Shown here piece by piece: positions 27,638-35,690 of a DNA stretch of 64,000 bases (position 1 is the stretch's first letter; each line of letters opens with the position of its first letter). The notes under the pieces were generated by a model that was given only the letters and a program-made list of their open reading frames with translations, did not search any database and was not told the origin of the DNA. This DNA is from Bacteroidota bacterium (GTDB lineage Bacteria > Bacteroidota > Ignavibacteria > Palsa-1295). Location of the stretch: the NCBI GenBank assembly GCA_030706385.1, contig JAUZOQ010000003.1, positions 4,297 to 68,296 on the forward strand. Direction: 5' to 3'. The translations under genes were made by a program, and so were the position numbers.

Positions 27638-27673
27638 TTCATTTTACAAAAGGAGAATTTGCAAGCTTGAACC

Positions 27674-28252
27674 TCACACTATCAGGCACCTTGTTGAGCA
27701 TACTATCGGCATAGGGGAATGGAAATGCCAAGAATACTCTGAGGGGAAGCGATCTCCGCAAATTCCAGTATTTGTTCGATCGGCCGATATAACTGCCGAT
27801 ATAATAATCCGTACCTTCCATAGGTAAGAACTCGTAGGCATTTGAGCTATCCTCCCAATGATAGGTAGTGGAAAAGTCTTTCTGTATTTGCTGTATTTTT
27901 CAGACAGCTCAGAGAGTGCGTTCTTGAAATCTTTTTCGCTCAGTCCGGGAGATAGTTTCTCTCCTAACGGAAATTTATAAAAGAGATACTGAAAGTAAAC
28001 TACACGATCGGAAGTATCAAATAGGATATTCACGATGGCCATGGTATTCCACTTTATAGCATACTTAACTTCTATTTGCCTACCAATGAGATCTGCATGA
28101 TTGACAAAATTCGTATCGGTGTACTGGTAGTTTGAGCGTATCAGATAGTCGATGACTTGCTTATGGGTTTTACCTAAGATCTCATCCTGCACAGAGTTTT
28201 CACATCCCGGAAGTAGAAGTAGGCTGAGCAAGAGGAGTACTTTGTTAATCAT
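27674..28252 (-). CDS. lipoprotein, possibly frameshifted near its 3' end (see finding)
   Basis: MINKVLLLLSLLLLPGCENS lipobox. The last ~55 residues (..WKVRIIISAVISADRTNTGICGDRF..) look non-native, whereas an alternative frame from the A5 run at 27896-27900 reads naturally down to 27639. Confidence 0.55.
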   Translation of the reverse strand: MINKVLLLLSLLLLPGCENSVQDEILGKTHKQVIDYLIRSNYQYTDTNFVNHADLIGRQIEVKYAIKWNTMAIVNILFDTSDRVVYFQYLFYKFPLGEKLSPGLSEKDFKNALSELSEKYSKYRKTFPLPIIGRIAQMPTSSYLWKVRIIISAVISADRTNTGICGDRFPSEYSWHFHSPMPIVCSTRCLIV

Positions 28253-28282
28253 TTAAGATCAATATTGATTTGGTAACACTTC

Positions 28283-28666
28283 TCACTTCCCTTTCGGCTT
28301 CCAGAAATGCTTTTCCATATCTACTCCGTCGCCTTTGAACTTCACTCCTTCTTGTTCGAGGAGCCAGCGCATTCTTTCGTAGCCGCCGAATTGATGGCAG
28401 CCTGACAGGAGGCCGGCATGGTTGATGACTCGCTGAGCGGGAATATCCATTTCGGCAGGCATGGAGCGCAGCGCCTGGCCGACTAGACGCGAAGAGCTTT
28501 TCATGCCGATCGTTTCGGCGATCGCGCCATAGGTCGTCACCTTCCCTTTCGGAATGAGGCGGACAATGTCATAGACTTTATGATAGAACGAAATACTTCG
28601 GGTATTTTTGCGGGAGGGCAGATCGAGTAGATCATCCGAACGCTTTGCTTTGTTCTTGCTTTTCAT
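28283..28666 (-). CDS. MGMT-family DNA-binding protein lacking the acceptor cysteine (alkyltransferase-like)
   Basis: IPKGKVTTYGAIAETIG..SRLVGQAL....IPAQRVINHAGLLSG. The canonical PCHRV is replaced by PAQRV. Confidence 0.85.
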   Translation of the reverse strand: MKSKNKAKRSDDLLDLPSRKNTRSISFYHKVYDIVRLIPKGKVTTYGAIAETIGMKSSSRLVGQALRSMPAEMDIPAQRVINHAGLLSGCHQFGGYERMRWLLEQEGVKFKGDGVDMEKHFWKPKGK

Positions 28667-28698
28667 TGTTCAGTATTGTTGAGAGAGGGCATTGAGCT

Positions 28699-28720
28699 GA
28701 AGCCCTCCTTGCAATGACGT
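28699..28720 (+). repeat. half-copy of the GCCCTCCT(T/C)GCAATGACGT element
   Basis: gaagccctccttgcaatgacgt. Positions 28700-28720 match 30179-30199 at 20/21 in direct orientation. Preceded by the small hairpin gagggc..gccctc. Confidence 0.7.
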
Positions 28721-28745
28721 CGAGAAGTACGCATAAAAAGAAAGA

Positions 28746-30068
28746 ATGTCATCACTTCCATATCGGGTTGCCATCATCGGTGCCGGTTCGAGCGGACTTG
28801 CTGCTGCAGTGAAGCTCTATAGCAGCGAATCGGCGCGTCCGATAAGTGCGACGATCTTCGAATCCCGTCGCGAAGCCGGCGGCAGGACGCGTTCCTTTAC
28901 CGATGGCGAGTCCCATGACACGCTCGATAACGGCCAGCATCTGCTTCTGGGCTGCTATACATCCACGCTTAGTTATCTGCGCACGATAGGATCGAAACAC
29001 CTTCTGCAAAAGCAAAATTCGCTTGAGATCCCATATATGATTCCGGGCGAATTCCGTTCGAGCACGTTAAAGCTTGCCGCCGGACTCCCGGTGCCGCTGA
29101 ATCTGCTTTCGGGCTTGTTCCAAACCGATCTGCTTCATAAGTATGAGAAGATCGCCGCCATGCGTTTCGGCATGGGACTGATGATGTTCCGCTACGATAA
29201 GCACATGGCGCATGCATCCTGCGCCGAACTCTTCAAGTTCGCACATCAACCGGTCACGCTTATCGAAAAATTATGGAAGCCCATCGTCATCGGCACGATC
29301 AATCTTCCTCCGGAAAAAGCAAGCGCACAAGTTTTCCTGCATCTGATGCGAATCATTTTCTTGCAGAACCGGAAATACAGCGCAATGCTCTTTCCGAAAG
29401 TGGGATTATCCGATATGCTAATAAATCCTGCAGTGAAATATCTGGAGCAGCATGGTTGCACGATAAAGTACGGAGAGAATGTACGCTCGATCAAGCACGG
29501 GAATAATCTCATCTATCTCGAATCCGATGGAGGTAACGATGTTTTCGATGCGCTGATCTTTGCCGGCAACTATCACGATGCCTCGTTTCTTCCAGAAGAA
29601 GTGCAGGAGTTGATTCCGCCGATAACCTACTCTCCGATCGCCAATGCATATTTATGGACGGATAAGAAGATCATCGGCAAGCCGATATGCGGATTCATCG
29701 GCACTTCGCTTGAATGGTGTTTCTCCAAACCGACACATACTTCCGGAGAGCTTCTTGCCTGCACAAAAAGCGCAGCCGATGGCCTGATCGCAAAAGAGAA
29801 CGATGAGATAGCAAATATTTTCTGGAATGACATTAAAAAATCCTTCCCTGGCAGCGATGCAAAGCTCCTCCGCTCCGTCATCATCAAAGAAAAGCGTGCA
29901 ACTCCCTTGCTCAATGCCGAACTCCAACTTCATCGGCCGAAGACACGCACACCTGTGCCGCATCTCTATCTTGCCGGCGATCTCGTGCAGAACGGACTTC
30001 CGATGACGATCGAAGGAGCAGTACGCAACGGCCAGAAAGCAGCCGCTGAAGTATTGAAAGGAATTTGA
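28746..30068 (+). CDS. FAD-dependent oxidoreductase of the phytoene-desaturase/amine-oxidase family (HpnE-like)
   Basis: N-terminal dinucleotide fold VAIIGAGSSGLAAA..FESRREAGGR. C-terminal LYLAGDLVQNGLPMTIEGAVRNG. Confidence 0.8.
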   Translation: MSSLPYRVAIIGAGSSGLAAAVKLYSSESARPISATIFESRREAGGRTRSFTDGESHDTLDNGQHLLLGCYTSTLSYLRTIGSKHLLQKQNSLEIPYMIPGEFRSSTLKLAAGLPVPLNLLSGLFQTDLLHKYEKIAAMRFGMGLMMFRYDKHMAHASCAELFKFAHQPVTLIEKLWKPIVIGTINLPPEKASAQVFLHLMRIIFLQNRKYSAMLFPKVGLSDMLINPAVKYLEQHGCTIKYGENVRSIKHGNNLIYLESDGGNDVFDALIFAGNYHDASFLPEEVQELIPPITYSPIANAYLWTDKKIIGKPICGFIGTSLEWCFSKPTHTSGELLACTKSAADGLIAKENDEIANIFWNDIKKSFPGSDAKLLRSVIIKEKRATPLLNAELQLHRPKTRTPVPHLYLAGDLVQNGLPMTIEGAVRNGQKAAAEVLKGI

Positions 30069-30087
30069 TAACAATCAAGTAAAACAT

Positions 30088-30198
30088 CGTCATTGCGAGG
30101 TCGCACCAGCGACCGAAGCAATCTTTAACATAGGACGATCAATTCCCTCGAAGCGCCGAAGATTGCTTCGTCGGGCTAAAGCCCTCCTCGCAATGACG
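30088..30198. repeat. 111-nt imperfect palindromic (REP/MITE-like) element
   Basis: cgtcattgcgagg (30088-30100) pairs with cctcgcaatgacg (30186-30198). cgaagcaatctt (30114-30125) pairs with aagattgcttcg (30159-30170). Inner mini-hairpin gggctaaagccc. Confidence 0.75.
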
Positions 30199-30329
30199 TT
30201 GTTGGCGGATCCGGTGGCTGAATAATTCGATACTCAGCACACGGTTACAGGAAACATCTCACCTAAATAATCGTTACTAGTGGCAATAACCCCCGATTGC
30301 GTTTCCTGATATTCACCACAGTCGCATTT

Positions 30330-31733
30330 ATGGATAAATCATCAGACTTGTCAACTCCTTTCACCGCAACAAACGATCTTTCGGGCAATGGCGCTACGAA
30401 AAATTCTGAAGCTCCTTCAGCGAAGAAACCCATAGTAATCAAAAAGCGGAAGAAAAAAACGAAGAATATTATTATTGCCATTGCCGCTCTTGCAATTGTC
30501 GGATTAGGTGCATGGTATTTTTTCTTTCGCGGAGAGGCCGCACAAATTCCGTTCATTCGGTTTGCAGTTGTCGATAAAGGCGACATTGTTAAATCCGTGA
30601 CGGCTACAGGGACTCTGCAAGCGACGACGACGGTGCAAGTCGGCTCTCAAGTCTCGGGTACGATCAAGGCTCTTCATGCCGATTTCAATACTCGCGTCAC
30701 CAAAGGCCAGCTCGTTGCCGAACTCGATCCGACTTTCTACGAAGCATCGGTGAAAGCTGCACAGGCGAATTTCGAGCGTGCAAAAGCCGATATGGAAATT
30801 GCCAAACGCAATGCCGATCGTAGCAAAGAACTCTTGAGTAAGGATCTCATTTCAAAAGCCGAAGACGATGTGGCGGCTACAACGTATGAGACGGCGCAGT
30901 CAACGGTCAAGCAAATGAAGGCGGCTCTGGATCAGGCTCAGGTCAACTTAAGCTATACGCGAATTCATGCACCGATTTCCGGAGTCGTGACGCAGCGCAG
31001 CGTCGATGTCGGCCAGACAGTGGCTGCATCGTTGAATGCACCTGTGCTCTTTATTATCGCCGAAGATCTGCAAGAAATGGAAGTGCAGGCAAATGTCGAT
31101 GAAGCCGATATCGGCCAGGTCAAGCAGGGCGAAGATGTTTCTTTTACTGTCGATGCATTCCCAGGCGAGAAATTTCATGGTAATGTAAAGATGGTGCGGC
31201 TCAATCCGATCATTCAGCAGAACGTCGTTACCTATACCGTCGTGATCTCGGCCCAGAATAAAGAAGAAAAACTCTTTCCGGGCATGACGGCAACGGTGAC
31301 GATCGTGAACTCGGCAGTGCAGGATGTCATCCGTGTCCCTGTTGCAGCCACACGTTTTACTCCACCCAATCTGGAGGCCTCAGCCGAACCTGCTCAGGGA
31401 CCGCGCTCAGGTAAACGAGATAGTACTCGGGCCAAAGGCGATTCCACTTCTCGCGGTGGAAGGCAACGCTCCAACACGGCTACAATATACCGGCGCTCGA
31501 ATAAGCCTGTGCAACCGGGCGAAGTGCCTGTGATGGAACCGGTGAAGATCAAGATGGGAATCAGCGACGGCATGCTTACCGAAGTTCTATCCAGCGATCC
31601 GCAACTTAATCTGGGCGATAGCATTGCCGTCGGATCCGTTCTTCCTGCGAAGACAGGTGCGACGAGTGCTCCCGGCACCAATCCGTTCGGCACTCCGGCC
31701 CGACCTGGCGGAGGAGCTGCAAGAGGAAGATAA
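30330..31733 (+). CDS. efflux transporter periplasmic adaptor subunit (HlyD/MacA family)
   Basis: ATG 30330. TM anchor IIIAIAALAIVGLGAWYFFF. TGTLQATTTVQVGSQVSGTI, coiled-coil segment, YTRIHAPISGVV. Basic low-complexity C-terminal region. Confidence 0.85.
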   Translation: MDKSSDLSTPFTATNDLSGNGATKNSEAPSAKKPIVIKKRKKKTKNIIIAIAALAIVGLGAWYFFFRGEAAQIPFIRFAVVDKGDIVKSVTATGTLQATTTVQVGSQVSGTIKALHADFNTRVTKGQLVAELDPTFYEASVKAAQANFERAKADMEIAKRNADRSKELLSKDLISKAEDDVAATTYETAQSTVKQMKAALDQAQVNLSYTRIHAPISGVVTQRSVDVGQTVAASLNAPVLFIIAEDLQEMEVQANVDEADIGQVKQGEDVSFTVDAFPGEKFHGNVKMVRLNPIIQQNVVTYTVVISAQNKEEKLFPGMTATVTIVNSAVQDVIRVPVAATRFTPPNLEASAEPAQGPRSGKRDSTRAKGDSTSRGGRQRSNTATIYRRSNKPVQPGEVPVMEPVKIKMGISDGMLTEVLSSDPQLNLGDSIAVGSVLPAKTGATSAPGTNPFGTPARPGGGAARGR

Positions 31734-31734
31734 T

Positions 31735-32958
31735 ATGCTGAGAAATTTCATTTCCAGCCTCGTCATGGCCTTCGAATCCCTTCGAAGCAATAAGGTACGC
31801 GCTACCTTGACCATGCTTGGCATCATCATCGGAGTTGCAGCCGTCATTACCATGACGGCGATCGGACAAGGCGCGAAGAAAGCCGTCACCGATCAGATCG
31901 CAACACTCGGTACAAATCTCCTGACGATCTTTCCCGGAGCAACATTCGGCGGCGGAGTTTCCAGCGGCACAGGCGGATCGAATAAACTGACTCAGCTTGA
32001 TGCCGAGGCAATTAAAAAATTATCAACCGTTACCGTTGTCGCACCTGTCGTAACCGTTCAGGCGCAGATCGTCGCTTCCGATGCGAATTGGTCGACTCGC
32101 GTTAATGGCACTTCTCCCGATTACGTCGTTGTAAAAGATTGGAAGATTGTCAGCGGTTCGAACTTTACGCAAAGCGATGTTCGCGCAGCCCGCAAAGTAT
32201 GCGTACTCGGAAAGACCGTGGCTCTGCAGCTCTTTCCCGATGGGCGAGATCCGGTGGGTGCTACGATCCGCATCAAGAAACTTCCGTTTACGATCATCGG
32301 AATCCTCGATGAGAAAGGCACGAATTCTTTCGGAATCGATCAGGATGATATTATCCTTGCGCCAATCAATACCGTGATGAAGAAGCTTGCAGGTGTGACA
32401 TGGCTGAACGTCATCATTGCCAGCGCTGCAAGCGATCAGCTTAACGATCAAGCCGTTGCCGATATCACGACAACACTTCGCCAGCAACATAAACTATTGC
32501 CCAGCGATCAAAATGATTTTCAGGTGCGCTCGCAGGTCGAGCTTGCAGCAGCAGCTACGCAGAATGCCAATACACTGACAAGCCTGTTGAGCAATGCAGC
32601 CATCATCTCGCTTCTTGTCGGCGGTATCGGTATCATGAATATTATGCTTGTAACAGTAACCGAGCGCACTCGAGAGATCGGAGTCCGCAAATCGCTTGGG
32701 GCTAAACGCGTTGATATTCTCACGCAATTCCTGACCGAAGCCATGGCGCTTTCACTGATCGGAGGGTTGATCGGAGTGGCGCTCGGAATGGGTGCAAGCT
32801 GGTTCATCTCCAAGAGCAATGGCTGGACGCTTTTCATATCGCCCGTTGCTACTGGGCTATCGTTTGCGGCAGCAGCACTTGTCGGCATATTTTTCGGATT
32901 CTATCCTGCTCAAAAAGCTGCACGCATGAATCCGGTTGAAGCATTACGCTATGAATAA
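31735..32958 (+). CDS. ABC transporter permease (MacB-type periplasmic domain + FtsX domain)
   Basis: ATG 31735, 1 nt after the adaptor stop. SLRSNKVRATLTMLGIIIGVAAV, ..LLVGGIGIMNIMLVTVTERTREIGVRKSLGA.., C-terminal PAQKAARMNPVEALRYE. Confidence 0.88.
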   Translation: MLRNFISSLVMAFESLRSNKVRATLTMLGIIIGVAAVITMTAIGQGAKKAVTDQIATLGTNLLTIFPGATFGGGVSSGTGGSNKLTQLDAEAIKKLSTVTVVAPVVTVQAQIVASDANWSTRVNGTSPDYVVVKDWKIVSGSNFTQSDVRAARKVCVLGKTVALQLFPDGRDPVGATIRIKKLPFTIIGILDEKGTNSFGIDQDDIILAPINTVMKKLAGVTWLNVIIASAASDQLNDQAVADITTTLRQQHKLLPSDQNDFQVRSQVELAAAATQNANTLTSLLSNAAIISLLVGGIGIMNIMLVTVTERTREIGVRKSLGAKRVDILTQFLTEAMALSLIGGLIGVALGMGASWFISKSNGWTLFISPVATGLSFAAAALVGIFFGFYPAQKAARMNPVEALRYE

Positions 32959-33853
32959 CTCTTCCGATCCCCGATTGCACGATCTCATTCTTCCCTTTTC
33001 CGATACGAATCTCGAAAAGGCAAGCGTTGTCCTCATCGGAGTGCCGACCGATGAAGGGATTCTGCGGAATGGTGGAAGAGTCGGAGCGGCTCAGGCTCCG
33101 GATGACATACGCAGGCAGCTCGGAAAGCTCACGCCATTTTCATCGATCGGCTCCTTCGAGAAATTACTTATAGCCGATCACGGAAATTTATCCGGCTCTT
33201 CTTTAGAAGAAATTCATTCAAAGGCAAAGGATGCGATTTCGAAATTGATCGCAAGTGGCAAGATCGTCATTGCCTTAGGCGGCGGCCATGATGTTACCTA
33301 TCCCCTTGCTTCCGGCTTTCATGAAGGCATTGGAAAGAAAGATTTTTCTCTTATCAATATCGATGCTCATCTCGATGTTCGCGAAAAGAAGAACGGATTA
33401 CATCATTCCGGAAGCAGTTTCCGGTTACTCATCGAAGAGAGTATTTTGAAGGGTAAGAATTTTACCGAGTTCGGCATTCAACAATTTGCATATTCCGATA
33501 ACCATCTGCAATGGGCTCTGGGCCAGGGAGCAAAAGTTGTATTCCATGACGATCTCTACGAAAAACATGTAAGCCGCGAATTTGCCTCATATCTTTCGAA
33601 GGAGAAACCGAATTACGTTTCCTTCGATATCGATTCCGTTCGTTCAAGCGATGTTCCCGGAAGTAGTGCTCCGTCACCTACCGGTCTCCATGCAGAAGAT
33701 GCAGTTCACATTTGCTACGAAGCCGGGCTCAACCCGCTAACGCAGATGCTTGATATCGTCGAAGTCAATCCCCTCTTCGATTACGATCACCGAACGACGA
33801 AATTAGCAGCAAGAATGATTGCGATGTTCTTGCTGGGAGTTGCGAAGAGATAG
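32951..33853 (+). CDS. arginase-family hydrolase (formimidoylglutamase/agmatinase-like)
   Basis: ATG 32951 overlaps the permease stop (ATGAATAA). Metal-binding motifs LGGGHDVTYP, INIDAHLDVR, SFDIDSV. Confidence 0.8.
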   Translation: MNNSSDPRLHDLILPFSDTNLEKASVVLIGVPTDEGILRNGGRVGAAQAPDDIRRQLGKLTPFSSIGSFEKLLIADHGNLSGSSLEEIHSKAKDAISKLIASGKIVIALGGGHDVTYPLASGFHEGIGKKDFSLINIDAHLDVREKKNGLHHSGSSFRLLIEESILKGKNFTEFGIQQFAYSDNHLQWALGQGAKVVFHDDLYEKHVSREFASYLSKEKPNYVSFDIDSVRSSDVPGSSAPSPTGLHAEDAVHICYEAGLNPLTQMLDIVEVNPLFDYDHRTTKLAARMIAMFLLGVAKR

Positions 33854-33880
33854 AGGAATCCGTAAGAGAATGACAGTCTA

Positions 33881-34879
33881 TTACGAGTTTTCTGTCAGCT
33901 TTAGGATTGTCCCACCTAAGCCAACTACAAATCCGACTGAAGCATCGGGAAAGTAAACTTTATAGAGATCTTGTGTTGTCCCGCTAGATATTGAAGACCA
34001 CGTGGTTCCACCGTTCACTGTAGATAAGATCGTACCGTTAAAGCCGATTATGTAGCCGACAGAGGGCGACACAAAATAGATCGAATTCAGCCAGGCAGTC
34101 GATCCCGAAGGCTGAGATTGCCACGATGAACCGAAATCTGTTGATTTCACGATCAGTCCTGAGTCAGAGCACATATAGACAACAGTAGAGCTTACACACT
34201 GTATTCCGAAAATACCTCGCGTATTCGAATAGACCGAGTCCCAGCTCGATCCGCCATTTGTCGTTCGGTAGACAGAAGCATAACCATACGCGGGTACGGC
34301 CAGGCCTAAGAACATGCTGGATGAATTGAGAAATGAGCTGCTAATGCCAAGACAGAGAATTTTCTTTTCTAAATTTGGGCCGATCGATTGCCACGATGCT
34401 CCGCTATTTGTCGAGATTCCAACGGCCGGCACATAAGAGTTATTTGATTGCGAAATGCCGGAGTAAATTCCGTTTTCGTAATCCGAAAAGAGGATGTTCT
34501 CATAATCAAACGTCGAGTCAACCTTCGTCCATGAGTTTCCGGAGTTTGTAGTTCTGAGCAATACCTTATGTCCGCAGACAAAACCGGTATCAGTATTCAG
34601 GAAATAAACACCTGTGAGAGTCAAGTTAGTCGCGAAAGAAACATTCGCCCATGTAGTGCCACCATTTGTCGTTCTCAAGATCGTGCCGCCATCTCCTACC
34701 ACAAAACCGGCATTCTCATTGACAAAAAATACGGAATAGAGATTATGGCTTGTTCCTGATCTGAGGGTTGTGACCGTTGTCTTTTGCACTTTTAACGGAA
34801 ATGTAACATTGCCACATCCAAGGCATATCAAGGCTAGTGCCAACGATTGCAGATTTGTAAATCCGTTCTTACCCATCAT
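33881..34879 (-). CDS. BNR-repeat beta-propeller protein (Ycf48/sialidase-like fold)
   Basis: Six S/TxxGGxxW-type repeats: TTNGGTTW, TTNSGNSW, STNSGASW, TTNGGSSW, STDFGSSW, TVNGGTTW. N-terminal signal/lipobox LICLGCG. Confidence 0.75.
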   Translation of the reverse strand: MMGKNGFTNLQSLALALICLGCGNVTFPLKVQKTTVTTLRSGTSHNLYSVFFVNENAGFVVGDGGTILRTTNGGTTWANVSFATNLTLTGVYFLNTDTGFVCGHKVLLRTTNSGNSWTKVDSTFDYENILFSDYENGIYSGISQSNNSYVPAVGISTNSGASWQSIGPNLEKKILCLGISSSFLNSSSMFLGLAVPAYGYASVYRTTNGGSSWDSVYSNTRGIFGIQCVSSTVVYMCSDSGLIVKSTDFGSSWQSQPSGSTAWLNSIYFVSPSVGYIIGFNGTILSTVNGGTTWSSISSGTTQDLYKVYFPDASVGFVVGLGGTILKLTENS

Positions 34880-34972
34880 ATCGTCTTTTCGTCGGATGCC
34901 GAAATATCATTCGATCTTTCAATTATGATTCTATCCCTGAAACATACCATGCAATTTCCAACACGCGGCATT

Positions 34973-35572
34973 CTAAGGATAAACCCTATTACCGATTCTT
35001 GCATAGATCAATGTTTGCTCATTGTCCCTTGATAAGCTATGTATCATTCCAATGTTGGGGGCATACGTGGCCTCCAAAATATTCTCCACATTAAGAAAGG
35101 TCCTTATCGCAATACAACTATCAAAGCTGCCGGCAGGAACGGAGGAGGAAAAGTATTTCTTGCTCACTTTCCCCGGTACTCCGCCGTATCCGAGGGTATG
35201 AAAATCAATCCAGAATTCATCTGAATCTCCCGAAAACATATATACATCCCCATCTGAAGTCTTCCTTACCCAGAAAGTATCAATATGAGGTAAATTGGGG
35301 AAATGGTTATGCACTTCGTATTGATAGTATTGCGTGTTCTTCTTAAAAACTGTGGAGGTACATAACCAGTAGAAAAGACTATCCGAAGAATCGCGGGGTG
35401 AATATTTATACACTAAGCTATCTCCTACGTACATCGGGAAATAGGCACTAAAATCCTTTACAGGCGTGGTTTGATCATCGGTAGCTCCGGTACAAGAGAA
35501 TAATGATCCGATGATCGTAGCCATCAGGAGGGTAATGAACCAAGAGGCAGCCGAGCAAGCAGTCTTTTTCAT
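34973..35572 (-). CDS. lipoprotein, function unknown
   Basis: MKKTACSAASWFITLLMATIIGSLFSCTG. Confidence 0.65.
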   Translation of the reverse strand: MKKTACSAASWFITLLMATIIGSLFSCTGATDDQTTPVKDFSAYFPMYVGDSLVYKYSPRDSSDSLFYWLCTSTVFKKNTQYYQYEVHNHFPNLPHIDTFWVRKTSDGDVYMFSGDSDEFWIDFHTLGYGGVPGKVSKKYFSSSVPAGSFDSCIAIRTFLNVENILEATYAPNIGMIHSLSRDNEQTLIYARIGNRVYP

Positions 35573-35625
35573 AGCACCGTTGATCTTCTCATAAACAACA
35601 CGACGGGAAATGATAAGTTGCGTTG

Positions 35626-35660
35626 AGAATCACACAAAAAAAAGGCGGAGCATCGCTGCT
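35626..35660 (-). terminator. bidirectional Rho-independent terminator after 35691-37757
   Basis: A8 run, then ggcggagc / atcgct / gctccgcc, then T5. On the minus strand the hairpin is followed by T8. Confidence 0.7.
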
Positions 35661-35690
35661 CCGCCTTTTTGCGTGTATCGTTCGTAATGT

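Noticed and set aside
28746-30068. A hopanoid (hpnCDE) or carotenoid biosynthesis cluster
   Set aside because: Only the single desaturase-family gene is present, with no squalene/phytoene synthase or cyclase adjacent. I therefore kept a generic family-level call.
30263-30586. 107-aa minus-strand ORF
   Set aside because: It is antisense to the start of the efflux adaptor gene and extends into the repeat-containing spacer. Part of it is a hydrophobic mirror image of the adaptor's TM anchor.
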